Shown here: piece after piece, positions 1-6,829 of the stretch | Numbering within the stretch: the first letter of the stretch is position 1 | How the letters are laid out: the number at the start of each line of letters is the position of its first letter | Assembly: GCF_000015145.1 (NCBI RefSeq) | Contig: NC_008818.1 | Span: forward strand, 120,001-152,000 | Direction of reading: 5' to 3' | Source of the DNA: Hyperthermus butylicus DSM 5456 | Lineage (GTDB): Archaea; Thermoproteota; Thermoprotei_A; Sulfolobales; Pyrodictiaceae | Length of the DNA stretch: 32,000 bases | Notes under the pieces: model-generated | What the model saw: only the letters and a program-made list of their open reading frames with translations | What the model was told of the DNA's origin: nothing | The model's database searches: none | Made by a program: the position numbers and the translations under genes

Positions 1-220
1 GGAGCACGTCTACGAGCCTGGCGGCCCCCGAGAGGGCCTCAACCAGCTCGTCCAGCTTGGCCCAGCGGCAGGTGCCGGGCAGCATCTCGGCTAGCTTCCA
101 GTTGTGGCAGAAGGGGCAGCGCAGGTTGCACCCGCAGAGCCACAGGGTGAACGAGACGCGGCCCCTTACGTCCACTAGGCTCGGCGCCTTCCAGCCCCCG
201 ACCAGCAGTGTGTCCCGCAT
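1..220 (-). CDS. nrdG: Anaerobic ribonucleotide reductase activating protein (radical SAM), 5' part only; continues beyond the window start
   Basis: Absent from the ORF track because it has no stop inside the window. Reverse strand from the ATG at 220 reads MRDTLLVGGWKAPSLVDVRGRVSFTLWLCGCNLRCPFCHNWKLAEMLPGTCRWAKLDELVEAL... CGCNLRCPFCHN is the CxxxCxxC radical-SAM cluster motif, placed as in the NrdG/PFL-activase family. Same strand as nrdD and downstream of it. Confidence 0.8.
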   Translation of the reverse strand, partial: MRDTLLVGGWKAPSLVDVRGRVSFTLWLCGCNLRCPFCHNWKLAEMLPGTCRWAKLDELVEALSGAARLVDVL

Positions 221-813
221 GTGTTTCTGCCCCGGGTGAGCCGTGTGTACTCCTCGTGGACGCGGCGCGCCTTTGCTTCTAGCGGTGCCTCGGCATCCAG
301 GACGAGTACGTGGCGTGCTATTCGTGCTCCGTACGCCTCTACGAGCCGTGACACTTCCTGGTCTATGAACTGTATGTACTCGGGGTCCGCCTCCTCTCTG
401 GCCGTCGCCCGGCCCCGTGCTAGTACGCGGCGCGCAATCTCCAGGGGGTCGCGGGCCCTTATGTAGACTAGCAGGTCTACCGGCGGGAGTATGAGGAGCA
501 GCTTCTCCATGGCCTCGGCGGCCCCGCCACCCGATCCGCGGAGCCACCACCGAGTATAGACTGGTACTAGTAGCGGGTGGCTATCCATGACCACGGTCTT
601 GCCGTCGCTGCGGGCCTCCCGGTATGCTGCTACGAGGCGCTCGATGAAACGGGCGTAGAAGAGGAGCTGCCTAGCGGCCGGGGGCAGCCCGGCAGCCTCA
701 CCGATAGCCTCCACTTCGCGGTAGATGTAGCAGCCGGGGTAGAGCCTGGCTAGGAGCCTTGCTGTGGAGGTCTTGCCGGAGCCGTGTACACCGACAAAAG
801 CCACGAGCGGCAA
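175..813 (-). CDS. P-loop kinase-like protein (deoxynucleoside/dNMP kinase fold), function unproven
   Basis: ORF 175..813 with a TTG start and a GTG 9 nt further in. N-terminal Walker A GVHGSGKTS, then VVMDSHP, then an Arg-rich lid-like stretch RRVLARGRATAREE followed by PEYIQFIDQ. This layout matches dNK-type P-loop kinases. It lies between nrdD and nrdG, and its 3' end overlaps the nrdG start by 46 nt. Confidence 0.65.
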   Translation of the reverse strand: MPLVAFVGVHGSGKTSTARLLARLYPGCYIYREVEAIGEAAGLPPAARQLLFYARFIERLVAAYREARSDGKTVVMDSHPLLVPVYTRWWLRGSGGGAAEAMEKLLLILPPVDLLVYIRARDPLEIARRVLARGRATAREEADPEYIQFIDQEVSRLVEAYGARIARHVLVLDAEAPLEAKARRVHEEYTRLTRGRNTCGTHCWSGAGRRRA

Positions 814-852
814 GGCATTCTATGCCTCTCCGTGGCTGGCTGTTTGCAACGT

Positions 853-2763
853 CTAGAGCCTGTTGTAGTGGTGGCGTAGCCAGAACTCCCTCCTCCTTGC
901 GGGGTTCCAGTTCCGTAGCGGGCGGTAGTAGCCAACAATCCTACTCCATATCTCTGTCTCGCCTCCACACCTGGGGCATGTGGTGCGGATGCCTACGCTG
1001 CTCCAGCCGCAGCGTGGGCAGACGCTTAGTGCCGGAGTGTAGCTCCAGTAGACGAGGCTCGTGTTCGCGGCCAGCTTCCTCGTGAGGCTTGCGAGGGCCT
1101 CTGGGTCGGGCTCCTCGCCGAGGAAGATGTGCATTATCACGCCGCCGGTGAAGACTGGCTGCACCCGCTCCTCGACCTCGACCCGCTCCCATAGCTCCAT
1201 CGGCGCGTAGTAGGGGGCTATGCTGGTGCTGTAGATGGGCTCCTCGGGGTCTGGCAGGTACTCGCGTAGCTCCGGGAAGAGCTGGACGTCCCTCTCTGCG
1301 AGCCGTGCCGCGGCGCTCTCGCCTGGCACCTCCTCCACGTTGAACGGTATGCCGGTCTTCTTGCTCCACTCCCTAGTCCTCGACACGATGTGCTCCACGG
1401 TCTTCTTCATCCACTCGGCCATCCTGAACCACTGGCTCCTGCTGCCCTCAGTCCAGGCCTTCGGGTCGCCAGCCATTATCGCAGCAGCCTCCGACAGCCC
1501 TATCACGCCGACGGGCAGGAAGTACGTCGACCCCATCAACCGGAGGGCTTCCGGCACATATTCGAGAACCATACTGTAGAACTCAGGGTAGGCCTTGGCG
1601 AGCCTCTCGTAGCGCCTGGCGAACCACTCAAGGCCACTCCTTACAAGCGCCAGGGTCTCATCGAGCTTCTCGACAAACGCCTCGTCGTCGCGGCGTGCCT
1701 CAAGAGCTATCCTGGGCAGGTTAACCGTGATGACGACCTTGCTGCCAGTAATGTCGGGCATTGCCCAGAGGCCGCCCATATGCTGCTTCTCGAGGCTCCG
1801 TATGTACTCCTCCCTGGCCTGCTCCAGCTCCCTCCGGATGTCGCGTATACGCATACTCTTGCCGCCGACGCGCAGGGCGTGCCGAAGCTCATTCATGTCA
1901 ATGTTTATCCTGCAGCACATCGCAAAGCTGGCGTTCGGGTCTACGACCCGGGTGTTTAGCCAGTACCCGGTCCCCCGCCTGGCTGCAGCGCCGAAGACGG
2001 CATCGAAGATCTCCGGGTCGTCGTAGAGCAGCTTGCTGGTAGTCATAATGGTTGGGATGGGGAATGTGAAGGGTCGGCCGGCAACATCGCCCTCCATGTG
2101 TACCTCGTAGAGGGCCCGCACAAACAACCGTGCCTCGTCGAGGTACTCGCCCAGCTTGCCGACGGGCTCGCCGGCATAGATGGCGTCGTCCCTCTCAAGC
2201 TTCGTCTCCGCGGCATCCAGGACCACTGTAAAGTTAGTGAATGGTGTCTGCATGCCAACCCTGCTCGGGAAGTTGAGGTTGAAGATGAGCCTCTGCACGC
2301 CCTGCCGTATCTCCCGGTAGCCGAGCCTGTCGCGTCTTATGAAGGGGCCCGCGTAGAGCTCCACAGCGCCGAAAGCCTGGGCTCCACTGAAGTAGTGCTG
2401 CATAGCTATCAGGTAGTTCGTCACATGGTCCACAAAGGTGTCAAAGTGCCGGGCCGGCCGGGCCGTTATCGTAGGGGTCTTCAGCCCCCTGCGCAGCAGC
2501 CGCTCCACGCTATGACCGCTGCAGTACGGTATGAAGAGCGCGTATGGCAGCTTGTGCACGTAAACCCTACCGTCAAGATGAGCTCTGGCCAGGGGCTCCG
2601 GAAGCACACTCCGTACAACCGGCCGGAGAGCCTTCTCAGCAACATAGGTTAGGAGCCCGCTAGGGCCAGGATACCGGTTAGCATTCTCAAACACGTCAAA
2701 CACTGAAGCCTCCAGGTACTCCGCGACACTAACCAGGCCCTCTCGCTCTCCTATACTTTTCAA
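853..2763 (-). CDS. nrdD: Anaerobic ribonucleoside-triphosphate reductase, class III (glycyl radical enzyme)
   Basis: C-terminal zinc ribbon CPRCGWSSVGIRTTCPRCGG followed by the glycyl-radical motif RIVGYYRP; FAMCCRINID loop. The longest ORF is 853..2997 (TTG start), but its first 78 codons are W/C-rich and unlike the rest of the protein. There is no in-frame ATG in that stretch. An in-frame TTG at 2763 is preceded by GGAG and sits 25 codons before the conserved FENANRYPG region, so I prefer 2763. The start remains uncertain. Confidence 0.9.
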   Translation of the reverse strand: MKSIGEREGLVSVAEYLEASVFDVFENANRYPGPSGLLTYVAEKALRPVVRSVLPEPLARAHLDGRVYVHKLPYALFIPYCSGHSVERLLRRGLKTPTITARPARHFDTFVDHVTNYLIAMQHYFSGAQAFGAVELYAGPFIRRDRLGYREIRQGVQRLIFNLNFPSRVGMQTPFTNFTVVLDAAETKLERDDAIYAGEPVGKLGEYLDEARLFVRALYEVHMEGDVAGRPFTFPIPTIMTTSKLLYDDPEIFDAVFGAAARRGTGYWLNTRVVDPNASFAMCCRINIDMNELRHALRVGGKSMRIRDIRRELEQAREEYIRSLEKQHMGGLWAMPDITGSKVVITVNLPRIALEARRDDEAFVEKLDETLALVRSGLEWFARRYERLAKAYPEFYSMVLEYVPEALRLMGSTYFLPVGVIGLSEAAAIMAGDPKAWTEGSRSQWFRMAEWMKKTVEHIVSRTREWSKKTGIPFNVEEVPGESAAARLAERDVQLFPELREYLPDPEEPIYSTSIAPYYAPMELWERVEVEERVQPVFTGGVIMHIFLGEEPDPEALASLTRKLAANTSLVYWSYTPALSVCPRCGWSSVGIRTTCPRCGGETEIWSRIVGYYRPLRNWNPARRREFWLRHHYNRL

Positions 2764-3102
2764 GGGTCTCCACAGCGAACCCCGCTGGTATAAGGCCCTA
2801 CCCGCATAGTTAGAGTAGAACAGTCGTGAGAGGGCTGGAACACCGCATGCAGGAGTAACACCCGCGTATGCAATTGCGATATACGGTGATGGGTAACAGA
2901 GAAAGCCTGGACCACAGGGCCACCACCAACAACCAATGCTGCAATGGATTACCCGGACCCAAGCCGCCTGCACAAGAGAATCAGGGGGAGCCAGCAAAAG
3001 AAGCTAACAATGATGCATTACTCCAATAGCCAGGATAACCAGCTTGTCCCCCTTGGAGACTGGGAGTCGACCACTGAGTATAGCGCAGGGAGAAGGGGAG
3101 GG

Positions 3103-3181
3103 TGGTGCGGCGGCCGGGATTTGAACCCGGGATCGCCGGCTTGGCAGGCCGGCGTCCTAGTCCAGGCTAGACGACCGCCGC
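3103..3181 (-). tRNA. tRNA-Gly (anticodon GCC)
   Basis: The reverse complement reads GCGGCGGTCGTCTAGCCTGGACTAGGACGCCGGCCTGCCAAGCCGGCGATCCCGGGTTCAAATCCCGGCCGCCGCACCA. Acceptor stem GCGGCGG/CCGCCGC. Anticodon stem CCGGC/GCCGG with loop CTGCCAA. T-arm CCGGG-TTCAAAT-CCCGG. The 3' CCA is encoded and there is no intron. Confidence 0.93.
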
Positions 3182-3322
3182 AGCCATCCATGTTACAGCT
3201 TTCCTCCCTAATAGGGGCGGGGTTTTAACGTTTATGGCCAGTATTGTTCCTTGGCAGGTGTGTAGAGTTTATGGGGGCACACCCGCCTACCTACAGTGTA
3301 CACGTAGGGAGCTGGGAGCACT

Positions 3323-3793
3323 ATGGCAGCGAGCCGCGGCAAGCTGCGGGGCGTCAGCGAGATAGTCTCAGCAGCACTACTAGTTATCATAGTTGTTAGC
3401 GTGGGCGCGTTCGTAGTCGCCCGTATCCTTGAGACCATCGGCTACGGGATCCATGCTGGCGAGAGACAAGTCCTAAAGACAATGATATCAACCAGGCAAG
3501 CGGTAGCCCCTGCTCTAGCCTATATAGATGCCAACAATACACTACACGTTGTAATAGTGACGGGCGACTACCCGGTAGAGCTAACCGCGCTCTACATAAA
3601 TGGCAGCATTGCAACAAACTGCAATGTAACCAGTGGCAACACGACAGGTCCACTAGAGGGCTTCGTAGTGCCATACTACTCGCTGGCCCATATACAATGC
3701 AGCCTTCCAGCAGATACGAAGCTGGCAGAAGTCACACTCTACCATGGAGGTGGTGGTATTGCGGTGTTCGCCAGGAAGCTCACAGCAGCCTAG
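3323..3793 (+). CDS. Small secreted protein with an archaeal class III (type IV prepilin-like) signal peptide; pilin-like
   Basis: The N-terminus MAASRGKLRG|VSEIVSAALLVIIVVSVGAFVVARIL has a basic residue at -2, G at -1, then about 20 hydrophobic residues. This is the pattern cleaved by PibD/FlaK-type prepilin peptidases. The beta-rich remainder carries 4 N-x-S/T sequons. Confidence 0.75.
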   Translation: MAASRGKLRGVSEIVSAALLVIIVVSVGAFVVARILETIGYGIHAGERQVLKTMISTRQAVAPALAYIDANNTLHVVIVTGDYPVELTALYINGSIATNCNVTSGNTTGPLEGFVVPYYSLAHIQCSLPADTKLAEVTLYHGGGGIAVFARKLTAA

Positions 3794-6605
3794 CGGGACG
3801 AGAGCTGTAGCAACAATCGTCGGAGCCGCAATGCTAGCCCTAGCCCTACTTGCCCTAATAGCATTCTACCTCTATACGCTCCGCCAGCAAACCGAGATAA
3901 CGCAAATAGCTACCGAGGCAGCAGAAGCCAAGCTAACAGCCCCGCTTCTTGCATCAGCCATACACGGCTACTACATGTATGACAGTAGCGGCAACCTATA
4001 CATCTACATACACTCATCGGCGCCACGCACAGTACTAGCAACAAGCCTAGTAATACTCTGGAACGACACGACAACACTACTCGTAGACCGCAACAACGAA
4101 AGCCTCTCAGCACTAGGCATAGTTGCCACAGTCACACACGCCGACGGCACAAAAGAGCAAATAGACAGATTCCCAATACCCCTGGCTCCAGGAGACAGCT
4201 TCACACTAATCCTAATCGGCCGCGCAGCAAACAAGAAACCATCATCAATAGCTCTCAGCATATCAGCAAGCCCCATCGTAGCCATAATACCAATCCGCCC
4301 CTACACGCCGGTAGCAGGAAACATTACAACAGCCCAGCCGCCACAGCCTGCAGCAAAGCTCTACGCCGAACTACAAAGAACAGCCTACAGCGGCACAGTA
4401 ACATGGAGCGGAACAGCTTACGGCACAGCACTAGCAAACACCATAGCCCAACCACAACAAGTACAGCTCCTCCAAGGCTACAATCTAACACCCCTAGATC
4501 CAGCACTCATACAGGAACATGACAACAAGACACTGATAATAGAGCAGTATAAGCCAACACTAACTATAATCAATATTACGCAGGAGACAAGTAACACAAT
4601 ATACTTTCAGGATTTTGATTCGTGCAATGTGATAAGCACACAAACATGGGCTAAAATAGGTGGTGTATGGTCTGACACGCGAGGATTGCACGGGTGCGGT
4701 ATAGGTCAGTCTAAGCCTTCAACTAGTGGTGAAAGCTTCGGAGGAAGCGGAGAATATGTAGCTTATCCGAATCTTGCTACTGGATTCCTACCGAGAAGCG
4801 GGTCGTACTATATTGCCGCCCATGTCAACCTTGCAAGCTCGTTAAATTATCATGAAATAGTCTTGTTCGACGATCCTAAGAGCCAAAGTCGGCTCGTAGC
4901 GGTAGGTGTTTACTTGAGTGATACTAGTGGAATTAACAATGCGTTTCTTGTAGTTGATACATGGACGCCTAGCACTGGGTGGGACAATGTTAACTATTCC
5001 AGGTTTAGCATTACAGGTAATGCATGGCTGACTGTTCTAGCTTTCGTTAATGTATCTGCTAATCTGCTCATGGCATACGTGTATGATGAAAAAGGTCAAA
5101 CGCTTTACGCTAGTGTGCCTGCTAACTTGTCCGCTGGTAATCCGCAATTCGATCTTTCTGCTCTCTCATACGCAGGTGTAGGTACGTATGATGCTAAAGC
5201 AGTGTTTGATGACTTTATAGTATCTCGTGCAAATCCCTTGCAAATTAATTTGAGAGTCGTCGATTTAAATGGAGTCCCTCTCTCTGGGGTTAACGTGACT
5301 ATTTTCGACTCTTCCGGCGTGAAAGTCGCTAGCGGTGTTACTGGGGATGATGGTTTCGTGCAGCCACCGCTTAATATTGGCTGGAAACCTATCCTTCGCA
5401 ATGCCGTTGTAGCTGTCTACTACGATGGAGTGTCTGCTAACATAAGTGTCCCATTGCTTCTTGGCGGCGAGAACTACACCTTGTACATTTCTAGGGTCTA
5501 CACTATCAGAGTTAACGTTTCCACGATCGTCAACACAAGCCTCGACCTGGGCCCTATCCGCATCGAGTATGCCTTCTCGGCTACCGCTCCAGGCAACTAC
5601 ACTATATTTGCTAACTGGAACGGCTCCTGGGTGCTTGTTGCCAGCGGTATCTACACTGGACCAGCCCTAGTTGTAAATAGCACGCCATGGTACACGTATT
5701 CAGGGCAGATAGCTAATAAGACTAATGGTACTGTCCTAATCGGGTTAGTGTTCACCTCATCGTCACCAGTCAACGTCTCCGTGGACGAGCTTAACGCCAG
5801 GTACCAGTTCTGGAACTACTCCTCCTTCAGTGCATTCATTGTTGGTGTCGGAGGGTCAAGCATCATAGATGTCTATGATGTTGCGAGTGGTGTGCTGCAA
5901 TACCGGTACAATATGAGTGCTGGCAGTATCTTCAACGGCTCTACTGTGATAGCGTATGACCCCGCTACTCGTAGACTCTTACTATTCAACTCCAGTGGTC
6001 TCTACTCCTCCCTCCTCAGCCCCCCTGGGAACTTCATCCTGGTCAACAATACTTGTAGGGCTCAGATCAATGCCGCCATGGCAGTGGTTAATACATCCTC
6101 GGCTAGCTATGCTGTGCTCCTCGTGGGTGGCGGGGGTGACGCCTACTGTGTAGTCGATCTCTCCACCGGCAACGTTATCGATTCGGGGAACCTAAGTAGA
6201 AATATTGGCTTCACGGTTTCAACTGACCCCACACTGGTCTACACCGCTTCGGCTGTTTCGAGTGATGGCTCTACAGCCTACTTCCTAGTCTACGATACCA
6301 GTGATGGTGTGCCAGTTATAATAGAGTATAACGCTTCAACTGGTGATTGGAATGTTACAGGTGTAGCTCCAGCATCGAGAGCGGTTGGAATGGCTTACGG
6401 CAATGGGTACCTGTGGGTTCTCTATGAGCGCGGAAGCCTATACAAGATAGACCCGACGACTGGCAGATCGGAGTACGTTGACATATACCTCCCGTTCTAT
6501 CCATGGGGCCCCGGCGACCGCCTAGAGTATATTGATTCGGGCAGATTACTCCTCTTTGTACGAGCGGATGGTACTAGGGAGGTTTGGAGCATACCTACGG
6601 GATAG
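3744..6605 (+). CDS. Large surface protein: prepilin-like signal peptide, lectin-like jelly-roll, CarboxypepD_reg-like Ig module and C-terminal beta-propeller-like repeats
   Basis: N-terminus ...SGTRA|VATIVGAAMLALALLALIAFYLY (R at -2, A at -1, hydrophobic helix). The only in-frame starts are ATG 3744, GTG 3750/3753 and TTG 3759, all inside the previous gene, or ATG 3831, which would cut the helix. Middle region ends AVFDDFIVS (concanavalin/LamG-like). LRVVDLNGVPLSGVNVTIFDSSGVKVASGVTGDDGFV resembles a carboxypeptidase-regulatory-like domain. The C-terminal third has repeated strand-turn blades (GGSSIIDVYDVASG, GGGDAYCVVDLSTGNV, DGSTAYFLVYDTSDG, GYLWVLYERGSLYKIDPTTG). I counted 29 N-x-S/T sequons. 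Confidence 0.75.
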   Translation: MEVVVLRCSPGSSQQPSGTRAVATIVGAAMLALALLALIAFYLYTLRQQTEITQIATEAAEAKLTAPLLASAIHGYYMYDSSGNLYIYIHSSAPRTVLATSLVILWNDTTTLLVDRNNESLSALGIVATVTHADGTKEQIDRFPIPLAPGDSFTLILIGRAANKKPSSIALSISASPIVAIIPIRPYTPVAGNITTAQPPQPAAKLYAELQRTAYSGTVTWSGTAYGTALANTIAQPQQVQLLQGYNLTPLDPALIQEHDNKTLIIEQYKPTLTIINITQETSNTIYFQDFDSCNVISTQTWAKIGGVWSDTRGLHGCGIGQSKPSTSGESFGGSGEYVAYPNLATGFLPRSGSYYIAAHVNLASSLNYHEIVLFDDPKSQSRLVAVGVYLSDTSGINNAFLVVDTWTPSTGWDNVNYSRFSITGNAWLTVLAFVNVSANLLMAYVYDEKGQTLYASVPANLSAGNPQFDLSALSYAGVGTYDAKAVFDDFIVSRANPLQINLRVVDLNGVPLSGVNVTIFDSSGVKVASGVTGDDGFVQPPLNIGWKPILRNAVVAVYYDGVSANISVPLLLGGENYTLYISRVYTIRVNVSTIVNTSLDLGPIRIEYAFSATAPGNYTIFANWNGSWVLVASGIYTGPALVVNSTPWYTYSGQIANKTNGTVLIGLVFTSSSPVNVSVDELNARYQFWNYSSFSAFIVGVGGSSIIDVYDVASGVLQYRYNMSAGSIFNGSTVIAYDPATRRLLLFNSSGLYSSLLSPPGNFILVNNTCRAQINAAMAVVNTSSASYAVLLVGGGGDAYCVVDLSTGNVIDSGNLSRNIGFTVSTDPTLVYTASAVSSDGSTAYFLVYDTSDGVPVIIEYNASTGDWNVTGVAPASRAVGMAYGNGYLWVLYERGSLYKIDPTTGRSEYVDIYLPFYPWGPGDRLEYIDSGRLLLFVRADGTREVWSIPTG

Positions 6606-6829
6606 GCTGGCTCTAGGCTGGTGTGGCCCAGCTATCTGGTAGATTTACCCTAGGAGGCCAGCGTGGCTCTGGATACGTACCGGTTCGAGATGCAGTGTTT
6701 CTGTTAGTTTCTGGGACAAAACATTTGTTTCAAACCAAATGAAACGATGATGATTGTCTTTGTCCCAGCCTTTCCCTTTTGAGAACGGGGCCCCATCCAG
6801 GGCTCCCGGGTAGCTCGGGTGTGAGAGCC

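Noticed and set aside
57-1085. Plus-strand ORFs 57..239, 221..466 and 759..1085, and minus-strand ORFs 750..968 and 941..1369
   Set aside because: All are Arg/Ser/Pro-rich and lie opposite to, or out of frame with, the well-supported nrdG, kinase and nrdD genes. They are typical GC-rich shadow ORFs.
2764-2997. The N-terminal 78 codons of the longest nrdD ORF (TTG at 2997)
   Set aside because: The translated stretch (…IHCSIGCWWWPCGPGFLCYPSPY…) is W/C-rich and unlike the conserved enzyme, and it contains no ATG. An in-frame TTG with an upstream GGAG at 2763 gives a family-typical N-terminus. It is kept as an alternative start, not a separate feature.
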